The translations under genes were made by a program, and so were the position numbers. Positions 12,073-24,619 of a stretch of 64,000 bases of DNA are shown one piece after another. The stretch comes from Squalus acanthias (taxonomy: Eukaryota), in assembly GCA_030390025.1 (NCBI GenBank), contig CM059431.1, positions 98,458,001 through 98,522,000 of the forward strand, read 5' to 3'. The notes under the pieces are model-generated. The model did no database searches, was not told the origin of the DNA, and was given only the letters and a program-made list of their open reading frames with translations. Positions within the stretch are counted from its first letter, which is position 1, and each line of letters begins with the position of its first letter.

Positions 12073-13827
12073 GTACAGATAAGTAGCTGTCAGAACTATT
12101 CCTCCCAAAATATTGGTCTTATCTTGCTTTTTACTCAACATTGAATTACATGTAACACAGAAACAGGCCGTTCGACCCATCCAGTCCGTGTTGGTGTTTA
12201 TCCCCCACAGGAGCAGTGTCCTAATCCCGTGTACCCGCCCTGTTCCCATATCCCTTTATCCCCCTTTCCCTCAATCACCTATCGAACCTTTATTAAAGCC
12301 TGACACAGTCTCTGCTTCAGTCACTGACGCTGGTCGTGAATCCCGCAGCCTTACAATCCTCTGTGTGAGAAAATCTCTCCTGCTCTCTGTCCTAAATCTC
12401 TTGCATTTTATGTCTCCACAGCCTAGACTGCTCAGCCACTGGAAGCAGTCTGTGTTTATCTACCCCCGTCCCAAATTTTAAACACTTCCAGTGAATCATT
12501 CCCACTGACCTGGTTCTGGTTCGGAGACCACCTTGCAGCAGATCGAGGTCAGCTTCTGGCTGAAGCCCAACATCCCGCTGAAAATCAGGCCTCAAAATGT
12601 CCTGGGCCTGTCAGCGGGACCCCCAGCCGCCCGGATTCCGTTCTGGGGGAAACCCTCCTGTCCTCCCCTCCCCACCCCACCCCACCCAAAGCGTCAGCTT
12701 CTCTCACGTCGGCTATCCAGCATCACACACATCCGAAGAACAAATCAGAAATACTTTGGGGATTGTCTGTAAAGAGATGAATTCAAACACAGACGAGAAT
12801 CGTCACATTAGAAAAAAATATGAAAGGTTAATTCACCAATCCTGTGCTCCGAGCAGAGAGGCTGCCTCAAGGGGAGCACAGGCCAGAGAACCATGGTTGT
12901 ATTGGTGTTGGTCTGTCTCTGACCCACGGTCCCTTTGAGTGTGACCTCCCACTGGGAGAGTGGAATCGGTACATTTGTCATTTATTGAACCATTTCAGTT
13001 TGTCAGAGCCCCCTCCGAACTCTCCTCAGAGGGACACGTCTCCTCATCGAATCTGGAACTCGCTCTCTCAAAATGCTGTGGATGCTGGGGGGTCAATTGA
13101 ACTTTTCAACAGATTTTTGTTGGTTAAGGGATATGGAGCCAAGGCGGATAAATGGAGTTAAGATACAGATCAGGCTCGAGGGGCTGAATGGCCTCCTCCT
13201 GTTCCTATGTTCCCCAAGTACCCTTGGAAAATAATCTTCCTGAAAGGAAAAAATTGAAAAAGAAGATGGATATTAAGTGCATCATAATATGGCCCTGGCA
13301 TTCCTCATGAATGCACCTCACGATTTGGTACCGGGTGATATAGGCCAGTATTCTCCTAGATTTCATCACAGATGTGAGTTGAGTTGGCTGGCCTGGGCCA
13401 GCCTCGAGGGGGAGCGCCACAGTATCCCTGGCCAGAGAGGTAGGAAGGAATAATAATCGAGGAAGATTTCCACGCCTGATCACTACCCAATAAACCCTTT
13501 TTGGGATTGTGTGCATGTTGATGTAAACCCTCGGCATGGCATCAATGGCCTTCCTTATTGGATCGCCTGCCAGCACTCTTTACAAGGCATGTACAAGAAG
13601 AAGAACCATTTGGGTGAAGAATTGGAGATCCGTGCTGCCCGTGAGGTCCTTCCTCAGCACGAGTAGTTACTTTCAGGAGATGAGAGGTACTGAGAAAAAG
13701 TTGGAGGAGAAAAATTAGAAACTACTAATTTTTAGATCTCATCTGCATTCCAACTTGGCCCACATAACAACAATAACTGCACAGCAAGAAATAACTCACT
13801 GGATGTGAAGCTCTTTGGGATGTCCCA

Positions 13828-14215
13828 AGAACATAGGAACAGGAGGAGGCCATTGAGCCCCTCGAGCCTGCTCCGCCATTCAATGAGATCATGGCTGATC
13901 TGTGATCTAACTCCATATACCCACCTTTGGCCCAGATCCCTTAATACCTTTGGTTAACAAAAATCTATCAATCTCTGAGTTAAAATTAACAATTGATCAA
14001 GCGTCAGTTGCCGTTTGCGGAAGAGAGTCCCAAACTTCTACCACCCTTTGTGTGTAGAAGTGTTTCCTAATTTCACTCCTGAAAGGCCTGACTCTAATTT
14101 TTAGAATATGCCCCCTAGTTCTAGAATCCCCAATCAGCGGAAATAGTTTCTCTCTATCACCTATCTGTTCCCCTTAATATCTTGAAAACTTCGATCAGAT
14201 CACCCCTTAACCTCG
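13828..14215 (-). mobile_element. CR1 LINE 3' fragment
   Basis: CR1 tail (GGCTCGAGGGGCTCAATGGCCTCCTCCTGTTCCTATGTTC on the reverse strand) and ORF2 end. Confidence 0.85.
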
Positions 14216-14301
14216 TGAAGGCAATAAGAAGGTGATAAGCTGCTCTGTAAGAACCAATTTTTTCCTTCTTTGATCTTTTTATTATCGGTATTTTGTGTCA
14301 G

Positions 14302-14400
14302 GTCCCCCTGGTCCAAAAGGTACTGTGGGAGTCCATGGAGAGAAAGGTTCAAGAGGTCTTGATGGAATCCCAGGAACAATTGGTGAAAAGGGTAATCAAG
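14302..14400 (+). CDS. col4a5: Collagen IV exon, 99 bp
   Basis: tgtcag|GT...CAAG|gtatgt; GPPGPKGTVGVHGEKGSRGLDGIPGTIGEKGNQ. Confidence 0.95.
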
Positions 14401-16119
14401 GTATGTGTATCGAGTGTGTACGGATAAACATTTGACATTGTGACGCAATACTTACGGTCCTTTTTATGTTCCTAATATAAGCTAATGATTCGAACAACCA
14501 ATCACAAAGGTTTTGAGGGTAGGTCAACCGCTTTGAGACCAGTGAATGCAGCAGTGGGGACCCAATTCTTAAATGTAAAGAGTTGATTTTGTGAGGTGAG
14601 TCTCTCGGTGGAGACCCTCGCTGGCTGGGGGTGTGGATTCAGTAAATCAGGTGCATCCAATTCATCGCCTGCCCAATTTTACTGGTTATTGAAACTAATC
14701 ACTGGAAAGCCAGAGTGTGGGGGGGGGAATGTGCATAGGACATGCTGACCTCTGACTCAATTCTGATCCTGTGCTCCCAGCCATGTACCATGCTGGAAAT
14801 GGACATTCTGAAATGACACCCTTAAGTGTCCTGTCACGTATGACAGGCTGAGTTGGCCAAGCGGATCTAGACTTCCTCCAACTCACGGTGAGCTTACACA
14901 CGTGTACAGCAGTGCCCAGTTTGACCAAGGACGTAAACCGGTAACTGGGCTCTCACTGGTTACTTGGCATCCTGTACCATGCCCACGCATCTTGAGGAAG
15001 GGTAGCAAGACAGATATTGACAATCAAACTAGGCTTTGCTGCATACATGAGCTGTGTGATGGCAATCAACATCAGGATGAGTGATGTAACATAAGATCAA
15101 GTAGATTGGATAGATTTCTTTGAGAAAATTATATTTTGAGAGTAATTTGAGACGTGACGTGTGGTGAGTGTAGCGAGCTCAGGAGGAACAGGTGACTTTG
15201 GACCTGTGGTTCCCAAAGCTCTCCACCACTGGGGGTTTTCCTCGCCTCGTGTCTGGGTCTGTTGTAGACTCATTGATGGAGATTGATCGCTGTGATTGGT
15301 CAACAACTCCATTATCGTTGGATCAGGCGACTACCAGGATGGTAAAATGGGCTCCTTCTGTGCCATAAATTTCTATGATTCTCTCATCCTTCCGGGGGAG
15401 GAGCTGCAGTGCCATCATTGGCAGGAGAGTGTAATTACAGCGTGACAAGTTTACGTAGGCAGTTTCCAGTATAAATGTCCACATAGGAATTTACAATGGA
15501 AATATAAAAATAAGGACAGAATGTATGACTTTAAAATGGAGACTAATTTTATATCTTCACATCCTGGTCCAATTATCCCCCACCCTCTGACCCCACATCA
15601 TCTGAAGACCGTACTTGGTCTGGACTCTGGGTGGCATGGGAGATCGTCTACAATCTTGTGCGAGTGTGCATTTCCTGTCCACAAATTTCACTTCTTGTTG
15701 TCACGCTTCTCATGTCAGCTTCGATCATTGCAAAATGCCATTGGAGTCAGTGGCAATGGGAATTCCCTATGTAAGCAGGGCCCGTGACACTGTCATAGCA
15801 AGCTAGGTGCCAGGGTAGCTCCACTGCATCCCCTGACGCGCCCAGAGATATTCCACAAGAGATCCTTGTCACTGTTACGAGCATTGGCTGCTGGTAACAT
15901 CTATCAGGAATTGTGGGTAGGGAGAGCATTGGTCCCCACAGGATTGTCCATCCAAGCGGACAGAGACCCCTCTATGCTGATCTCTGTGACTGAATTCCCA
16001 ATAACTATGAATCTACTCTATATGAGAAACACCAGTTTAAGTGCAGAAACATTGCAGCTGACTCTAATTTGTACACTTGCGTCTAATGTCCAATCTGTGC
16101 CTTTTTACAAATTGTCTAG

Positions 16120-16170
16120 GTCTCGCAGGAAGAGATATGCCTGGAGCTCCCGGACTGCCTGGGACAAAAG
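16120..16170 (+). CDS. col4a5: Collagen IV exon, 51 bp
   Basis: gtctag|GT...AAAG|gtaaag; GLAGRDMPGAPGLPGTK. Confidence 0.92.
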
Positions 16171-16993
16171 GTAAAGTCAGCCCTTCCTAAATAAATGATT
16201 CCATCTTTGCCTCTCTACCTCTCTCTCCTCCTTTAAGACGCTCCTTGAAAGCTAACAATGTTATTTGAAACAGGATTGTCCATCCCCTTTGCCTGTTGAC
16301 ATCTGAAGGTTTAATTCCCTCAGCTACTTTTAGTGTGCTGGTTAACACAGTCACCTTGCCTTCCTGTCCAGACTATTTTAACCTAATGTTTAAATCAGAC
16401 AATGACTGAAGCTGAATAGCATAGACACAAAGTTAAAGTAGAACTAACACAGAGGGAATTACCCAGGGTGTCTATTGACATCACTGTGTCAACTAATGAA
16501 CTGTAGGCGGGGCAGGACTCACGGCAAACAGTCCATTTTATAGCAAAGTCCATTTACTCAGGAAACAGTCTGTTTAAACAGCGCACGACAGCAAACAGTC
16601 TACAGAGTCTATTTAAACAGAGTCTCTACGAACTACAGCAAGCTGAACTCATGACTGAAACTGCACCAACTTCTCCCGATAAAAGCAGGATTATTTCTCC
16701 AGCAACATGCAGTGAGTGGAGGATAGTTACAGAATACAAATGATGTGCGTAAAATCAATCCCAGTCACTGACAGCAGTGCCGTCTCCAAGCATGTCTGAC
16801 GTGGGAATTACTCAATCATCTTTATTCTAGCCGGGAATAGTGGTGTCACTCTCTGCAGCCGGAATTTCCCCCTTGCCCGAGAGTTTCACTGCCGCTGGGA
16901 CAGAACGGGAGTGCGGTTGTGTCTAGCCGTGGTAACCTGTAGAGTTGGGACCTACATAATCCACACAGGGCTAATGGTGTGTTCTTTCAACAG

Positions 16994-17179
16994 GTGTGAA
17001 AGGTGATCTTGGTTTACCGGGATACCCAGGGTCGCCTGGAGTTCCAGGTATCAAAGGAGAGCGAGGGTTCCCGGGCAACGAAGGCCACCAGGGCAATCCA
17101 GGCCTTCCCGGCCCACCAAACGTAGCTCTGGAGGGGCCTAAAGGTGACAAAGGAACTGCGGGAGGAACAGGCCGACCAG
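16994..17179 (+). CDS. col4a5: Collagen IV exon, 186 bp (equivalent to COL4A5 exon 41)
   Basis: caacag|GT...CCAG|gtaagg; [13 protein letters not shown]...[23 protein letters not shown]. Confidence 0.95.
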
Positions 17180-17651
17180 GTAAGGTGCCGGTTTTCAGTG
17201 GTTGACCGAAGATTGCTGTGCTGATGAATTGTTAGAAGCATACTAACTTCTAACTCCTCATAGAATCTTACAGCACAGAAGGAGGCCATTCGGCCGGCTC
17301 TTTGAAAGAGCTCTCCAATTAGTCCCACTCCCCCCTGCTCTGTCCCCATAGCCCTGCAATTATTTACCTTTTCAAGTATTTATCCAATTCCCTTTTGAAA
17401 GTTACTATTGAATCTGCTTCCACCGCCCTTTCAGGCAGCGCATTCCAGATCACAACAACTCGCTGCGTAAAAAAATATTCTCCTCATCTCCCCTCTGGTT
17501 CTTTTGCCGATTTCCTTCAATCTGTGTCCTCTGGTTACCGAACCTCCCACCACTGGAATCAGGTCCTCCTATTAGTAAAGAGCAGAATTCATGTAACTGG
17601 TATGAATTATAAACATATCTCTGTATGTTTACAAAGACCCCATCAGCCTGT

Positions 17652-18716
17652 TCAGGTGGATGTAAAAGATCCCATGGCACTATTTCGAAGAAGAGCAGGG
17701 GAGTTTTCTCCAACGTCCTGGCCAATATTTATCCATCAACCAACACCATCAAAAACATTAATTGGTAATTTTTCTCATTGCTGTCTGCGGAACCTTCCTG
17801 TGCACAAATTGGCTGCCATGTTTCCTAGGAAATGCGGCAGCCAATTTGCGCACAGCAAGGTCTCATAAACAACAATGTGATAATGATCAGATAATCTGTT
17901 TTTGTGATGTTGGTTGAGGGATAAATATTGCCCAGAACACCGGGGATAACTCCTCTGCACTTCTTCGAAATAGTGACATGAGATCTTTTACGTCCACCTG
18001 AGAGAGCAGACGGGGCCTCGGTTTAACGTCTCATCTGAAAGGCGGCACCTCCAACAGTGCAGCACTCCCTCAGTACTGCCCCTCCAACAGTGCAGCACTC
18101 CCTCAGTACTGCCCCTCCGACAGTGCGGCGCTGCCTTAGTACTGACCCTCCGATAGTGCAGCACTCCCTCAGCACTGCCCCTCCAACAGTGCAGCACTCC
18201 CTCAGTACTGCCCCTCCGACAGTGCAGCGCTCCCTCAGTACTGCCCCTCCGACAGTGCAGCACTCCCTCAGCACTGCCCCTCCGACAGTGCAGCACTCCC
18301 TCAGCACTGCCCCTCCGACAGTGCAGCCCTCCCTCAGTACTGCCCCTCCGACAGTGCAGCGCTCCCTCAGTACTGCCCCTCCGACAGTGCAGCGCTCCCT
18401 CAGCACTGCCCCTCCGACAGGGCAGAGCTCCCTCAGTACTGCCCCTCCAACAGTGCAGCGCTCCCTCAGTACTGCCCCTCCGACAGTGTGGCGCTCCCTC
18501 AGTACTGCCCCTCCGACAGTGCAGCGCTCCCTCAGTACTGCCCCTCCGACAGTGCAGCGCTCCCCCAGTACTGCCCCTCCGACAGTGCTGCACTCCCTCA
18601 GTACTGCACTGGGAGTGTCAGCCTAGCTTTATGTGCTCAAGTCTCTGGAGTGGGTACTTGAACCCACAGCCTTCTGACTCAGAGGCAACAGTGCTACCCA
18701 CTGAGACCTGGCTGAC
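17652..18716. mobile_element. Inverted pair of SacSINE1-like copies (+ fragment 17652-17826; - copy 17827-18716 with 33-bp array)
   Basis: The SINE core occurs in both orientations, joined at TTTCCT|AGGAAA. Confidence 0.85.
18048..18606. repeat. 33-bp minisatellite, about 17 units
   Basis: Same unit as 664-1486. Confidence 0.97.
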
Positions 18717-19619
18717 CCGTGTAATTTTTCTCCTCTTGGGAAGACTTGAAGAGGGAACTAAAGAACATGACATCATTGGGTTTCACCAACATTGTAACTG
18801 GATAACCGGCAGAGGCACGATGGGGCGAATGGCCTCCTTCTGTGCTGTACGAGTCTATGATACACGACCTTAACACCATGTTTGAAGCTCAAATCCTCCT
18901 ATTTCCCTTGAGACTCATCCTAGCACTGGGGCAGGAAAGGGGCAGGGGTGCCCCTCTTGCTCACCGCACGCACGCACGCTCCTTGGTTCAGGAGGCCGGT
19001 GATGTCAACGCGAGGTGGCGGCGAGTTTTGTGACAGAAACGGAAAGGCATTTTAAACTGAGAGAAGGTTGTAGATGGTGGTGCCGCAGCAGTACCACCAG
19101 TCACCTGGTGAGCAGAGCATGGCATCGAGCCGCTGGTTGTGCCACTGTTATTGTTATCGGAACTGCGGGCCGAGGAGTTCCCGGAGCGGACACCGATGAG
19201 AGCGCGTGAGGAGCATGTTGGGTCTGCCAATTCTACGACCAATTCCCCATGACTTTTCGCCCAGGTTGCCCAGGAGATCAGTCTTTAAGTCTTGGAGACT
19301 CCAGGACAGGCTAGGAGAGTTGGTGACCCTACATGGGCCTCTCAGAGGATGACTATTGAATAGCGTTTCTGATTAGTTCCCAAGCCTTTCTATTGGCTGC
19401 GATTGGCGCTTGACACAAACATTGGCACCACAGATAAGAGTCTTCCAAACAATTCAAGGGTTACAGCTTGAGTATTATTTTGCAATCGGAAAAGTGTAAT
19501 GGAGATTTTCAGCTGTAGACTGATCTCCATGCATGTGGAGTTTGGGGCTTGGTCAGAAGGTTATTAGAAAGTGTTGGTGAGTATCTTAATTAGTCCTGTC
19601 TGCACCTTCCTTTTAACAG

Positions 19620-19753
19620 GGGCCCCTGGTGTGCACGGAGGGCCTGGGGCACCAGGACTGGATGGAACCAAGGGAGACAGAGGAGAGCAAGGGTCATCGG
19701 GATTTCAAGGCTTTCCAGGACCCAAGGGAGATCCAGGAGTCTCAGGATCTCCT
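19620..19753 (+). CDS. col4a5: Collagen IV exon, 134 bp
   Basis: taacag|GG...TCCT|gtaagt; [45 protein letters not shown]. Confidence 0.95.
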
Positions 19754-20229
19754 GTAAGTTAACATCAGTATAATCAAAGTAATCACTGCTCTTCAAAGAT
19801 GCATTTCAGGAGAATCTAGATAAACACATGAGGGAGAAAGGAATGGAAGGTTATGCTGATCGGGTGAGATGAAGAGGGGTGGGAGGAGGCTCGTGTGGAG
19901 CAGAAACACCGGCACGGACCAGTTGGGCCGAATGGCCTGTTTCTGTGCTGCACATTCTATGTGATTCTATCCATTAATTTTAATGGCCCGGTAATCATGT
20001 GACCTACAAATCAGGAGCAGTGAACACCTTGCCCAAATCTCCAATCCTGTCACGTGACATTCTACACCGAGAGCTAAAAAACCCACAAATTTATCTTTCT
20101 ACGCAACTGTCGACACGATGGAGTCATTTTCACCATCGTCACTTGGGCTGTTAACTGGGGTAACGAATCATCTGCCCGTTAGAGAACCCACCCGATTAAA
20201 TAAAACCAGGCAAGTTCTATAACATCCAG

Positions 20230-20798
20230 CCAGATGGGTTTTTACGAGAATCTGGTAGATTCATGGTCACCATTACCGATACTAGCTTTTTATTCCAGAT
20301 TTATTTAATTAACTGAATTTAAATTTAAATTTGATTTGAACTCCTGTCTCTGGATCATTATCCTATGGATTACTAGTCTAGTAACGTGACCACTATGGAT
20401 TACTAGTCTAGTAACGTGACCACTATGGATTACTAGTCCAGTAATGTGACCACTATGGATTACTAGTCTAGTAACGTGACCACTATGGATTACTAGTCCA
20501 GTAACGTGACCACTATGGATTACTAGTCCAGTAACGTGACCACTATGGATTACTAGTCCAGTAATGTGACCACTATGGATTACTAGTCCAGTAACGTGAC
20601 CACTATGGATTACTAGTCTAGTAACGTGACCACTATGGATTACTAGTCTAGTAACGTGACCACTATGGATTACTAGTCCAGTAACGTGACCACTATGGAT
20701 TACTAGTCTAGTAACGTGACCACTATGGATTACTAGTTCAGTAACGTGACCACTATGGATTACTAGTTCAGTAACGTGACCACTATGCTACTGTTCCT
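20230..20798 (-). mobile_element. Second tRNA-derived SINE family, head expanded into a 30-bp array
   Basis: Reverse strand reads GTAGCATAGTGGT (A-box-like) ... GAGTTCAAATC (B-box-like); a diverged relative lies at ~33800-34070. Confidence 0.65.
20363..20787. repeat. 30-bp minisatellite (CTATGGATTACTAGTCTAGTAACGTGACCA), about 14 units
   Basis: Exact 30-bp register visible in consecutive 60-bp lines. Confidence 0.97.
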
Positions 20799-21094
20799 AG
20801 GTTCCTAAGTGCTGATGAGTCAGTTTGTTGAATGATGCAGGTTTAATATGTTCCGTCCTCAAATGTTGTCCTCAAACTAATTTTGAAAGAAAAGTAATTC
20901 CGGTTGTGATGTGAGTCCTCTCCACAAAATATGAGAAATGCCTGACGGAGAGGACACCATCAAACGTGGGAACAATATCGCCCGCTGAATTAGGGAGATG
21001 AACAATTGGAAGTGGTGATGGTACAGCATGAAACGAGTCTGTAGGAACAGAGATTAAATGATTTGTATATTCAGTGGTGATTGTCTTTCCTAGA

Positions 21095-21605
21095 GTATAG
21101 ACACTGTGTTCAGTTCTGGGCACCGCACCTCAGGAAGGATATATTGGCCTTGGAGGGGGAGCAACGCAGATTCACCAGAATGATACCGGAGCTAAAAGGG
21201 TTAAATTACGAGGACAGGTTGCACAGACTAACTTGTATTCCCTCGAGTTTAGAAGATTAAGGGTGTTTATGATGATTAAAGTAGTTGATGGGGTAGATAG
21301 AGAGAAACTATTTCCTCTGGTGGGGGGAGTCCAGAACAAGGGGGCATCACCTTAAAATTAGAGCCAGGCCATTCAGGGGTGATGTCAGGAAGCACTTCTT
21401 CACACAAAGGTTGGTGGAAATCTGGAACTCTCTCCCCCAAAAAGCTGTTGAGGCTGGGGGTCAATTGAAAATTTCAAAATAAAGATTGGTAATTTTTTAT
21501 TAAATAAGGGTATTAAGGGTACGGAAGCAAGGCGGGTAAATGGAGTTAAGATACAGATCAGCCATGGTCTAATAGAATGGCAGAACAGGCTCGCGGGGCT
21601 GAGTG
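21095..21605 (+). mobile_element. CR1 LINE 3' fragment
   Basis: CVQFWAPHLRKDILALEG...RFTRMIP motif and CR1 tail. Confidence 0.85.
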
Positions 21606-21740
21606 TTCCTGGAGTTTCTACAATATAAGTGTGTTAACTCTAAAAAGATTGACAATGATGGTGACGGATAATTTGAAGCCATAAGGCAGATGGTGATTGG
21701 TTTTGTCCAGCGTGATTAACCGTGGATTGTTTCCCCACAG

Positions 21741-21813
21741 GGTAGTGCTGGTCAACCTGGAGCGCCAGGACTGAAGGGTGAATCGGGACCTCATGGAGTT
21801 CCAGGCTTCATTG
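21741..21813 (+). CDS. col4a5: Collagen IV exon, 73 bp
   Basis: ccacag|GGT...ATTG|gttagt; GSAGQPGAPGLKGESGPHGVPGFI. Confidence 0.95.
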
Positions 21814-21984
21814 GTTAGTTAATGACTCACTCAAATAATAAAGTACTAGTCTAGCACTCTTAAAGTACATACGGTGACAAAGATCAGAGCTGGATTACAT
21901 GAGTTAACATGTTAAGCACAAACCTTTGACATTAATGCTCGCTGCATGGTATCCTTGAAATGCACGGGGCTAGAAGGAATGTAA

Positions 21985-22795
21985 AAAGAAAAAAGAAAAA
22001 CTCACATTTCTATCGCGCCTTTCACAACCTCAGTATGTCCCAAAGCGCTTTACCAAAGTGTGGTCACTGTTGTAATGTATAAGATACTGAGGGGGCTTGA
22101 CAGGGTAGATGCAGAGAGGATGTTTCCCCTCATGGGGGAATCTAGAACTAGGGGGCATAGTTTCAGAATAAGGGGGCACCCTTTTAAGACGGAGATGAGG
22201 AGGAATTTCTTCTCTCAGAGGGTCATGAATCTGTGGAATTCTCTTCCCCAGAGAGCCGTGGAGGCTGGGTCATTAAATACATTTAAGGTGGAGATAGACA
22301 GATATTTGAACGATAAGGGAGTCGAGGGTTATGGGGAGCGGGCAGGGAAGTGGAGTTGATGCCAAGACCAGATCAGCCATGATCTTATTGAATGGTGAAG
22401 CAGGCTCGAGGGGCCAAATGGCCTATTCCTGCTCCTATTTCTTATGTTCTTATGAAACGCGGCAGCCTATTCGCACACAGCAAGATCCCACAAACAGCAG
22501 TGTGATAATGACCGGATTATCTGTTTTAATGATGTTGGTTGAGAGATAAACATTGACTGGGACCGGGGTGAACTCCCCTGCTCTTCTTTAAAATGGTGCC
22601 GTTAGATTTTTTACATCCACCTGAGAGGGCGGACGGGGCCTCGGTTTAACATCTCATCCGAAAGACGGCACCTCCCTCAGCACTGCACTGGGAGTGTCAG
22701 CCTGGATTATGGGCTCGTGTCTCTGGAGTGAGGCTCGAACCCACAACCTTCTGACTCCAAGGCGAGCGTGCTGCCCACTGAGTCATAGCTGACAC
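21985..22795. mobile_element. SacSINE1-like SINE (-) interrupted by a CR1 3' fragment (+, ~22078-22453)
   Basis: SINE sequence GTCACTGTTGTAATGTA...AAACGCGGCAGCC is split by YKILRGLDRVDAERMFP... CR1 DNA. Confidence 0.85.
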
Positions 22796-23515
22796 AACCT
22801 TTAACACTCTCAGATACGTGTACTTGGGTAGATTGTGTGCTCCCAGCTTGGAGTTCCATGTCATATTGTGATTTGCCTCTCTGCCCCGGGAGCAAGTCTC
22901 ACAGGCAATGACCCTCAGGAAATCCTGACCGGCCACTGACGGTTTCACCAGATGCATTCCCAGCTGCCAGTGGGGGAATCACGGAATCACCGCATTGGGA
23001 ATTTGGGGTGTGGTCATCAGTGGGTCCTGCAGGATTGTTATCTGACCTCCACGCCTGAATTCCCCATCTGCACCACCAGTGTGCAAAGGCCTGAGTAACA
23101 CAAGCAGCAACAGCTGATGGGGCCCTTGCCTCGTTCCTCCTGGGCATTTGGGACATCGACTGTATAACCTCCGCTTTATATAGAACTGTTGGAGCAAATG
23201 ATTTTGATCTTTATTCTACACTTCTTGTCTCATCACTGCTGAACATTACGGATGTCAGAGTAGAGTTTTCTCTGCAGAGCTTGTCAGGAAAATCGTGCAG
23301 GCTGCAGACGGGGGCGTGTGATGTCCCCAGCCCAATATCCCTCTCCCAAACCCACCCAGGTGGTGCTTTACGACCAAACACTGAAGAGGAAACTCAGCCC
23401 TAACGTATTTTAAAGAGTGTTTGAGGGAATGTTCATGATATAATGTAGTTTTGTTACGTGCGCAGGGATAATGGCCCAGTTTTTGTACTTAAGCCCAAAC
23501 TGGCATTGAGCACTG

Positions 23516-23737
23516 TTACTCTGGAACTCCCTCCCTAAACCTCTCCGCCTCGCTACCTCTCTCTCCTCCTTTAAGACGCTCCTTAAAACTGACCTCTTTG
23601 ACCAAGCTTTTGGTCACCTGCCCTAATTTATCCTTATGCGGCTCGGTGTCAATTTTTTGTCTTATAATACTCCTGTGAAGCACCCTGGGACTTTTTACTA
23701 CGTTAAAGGCGCTATATAAACACAAGTTGTTGTTGTT
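23516..23737 (+). mobile_element. L2-clade LINE 3' tail
   Basis: LWNSLP end and tail AAAGGCGCTATATAAA(TTG)n; same family as 30290-30510. Confidence 0.8.
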
Positions 23738-23957
23738 ACATGCAATGTCCAACACTGAAATGAGGCAACTTTCACTACACCCAGGTACAGAAGTAATAAT
23801 CCATGATCTATATCATTTAGTATTATATATACTGAGATAACTCTGCCCAAACATGTCCTCGCCTCATGTCTGGGTCTGTTGTAGACTCATTGATAGAGAT
23901 TGATCGCTGTGATTGGTCAACAACTCCATTATCGTTGGATCATGTGACTACCAGGAT

Positions 23958-24333
23958 TGAAACATAAGATTCTGAGAGGGATTGCCAGGGTCGATGCTGA
24001 GAGGATGTTTCCCCTGGCTGGAGTGTCTAGAACTAAGGGTCATAGTCTCGGGATAAGGGCTCGGCCATTTAGGACTGAGATGAGGAGGAATTTCTTCACT
24101 CTGAGGGTTATGAATCTTTTCAATTCTCTACCCCAAAGGGCTGTGGAGGCTCAGTCGTTGAGCATATTCAAGGCTGAGATCGATAGATTTTTGACTCTAG
24201 GGGAATCAAGGGATATGAGGATAGTGCGGGAAGGTGGAGTTGAGGTCGAAGATCAGCCATGATCTTATTGAATGGCACAGCAGGCTCGAGGGGCCGTATG
24301 GCCGACTCCTGCTCCTAATTCATATGTTCTTAT
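23958..24333 (+). mobile_element. CR1 3' fragment inserted into another repeat, with GGAT target-site duplication
   Basis: GGAT at 23954-23957 and 24334-24337; the host repeat is uninterrupted at 15241-15345. Confidence 0.85.
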
Positions 24334-24619
24334 GGATGGTAGAAGGTGATCTAGATGGAGCTTGGTCTTTTATCATCCAAAGTACCTGCTGGCTAAACTG
24401 TTTAAACTCGATCTTCTCTAACCTGTCTTCATATTTCATCTCTCTGACACCAGGAACTGCTTTCGTTTCCATTCTCTGTACCCTCTTCTAAAGCAAGACT
24501 GACATATAGACTAAAAATAGGAGCGTTATACACTTATAAATCTCTGCACCATCAGCTGCCTCCCATTTTAATTCAGTAGTGGGAGCCTGGATTGCAGGTG
24601 AAAATCGGGAATGAAAAGT

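Noticed and set aside
16487..16773. Possible solo LTR on the minus strand (TGTCA...TGACA with short internal repeats)
   Set aside because: No target-site duplication found and the boundaries are ambiguous.
17180..19619. Equivalents of the human COL4A5 9-bp micro-exons 41A/41B
   Set aside because: I found no AG-9nt-GT Gly-X-Y candidate by eye. The ccagGTTGCCCAG at ~19261 lacks a GT donor. RNA-seq would be needed to exclude them.
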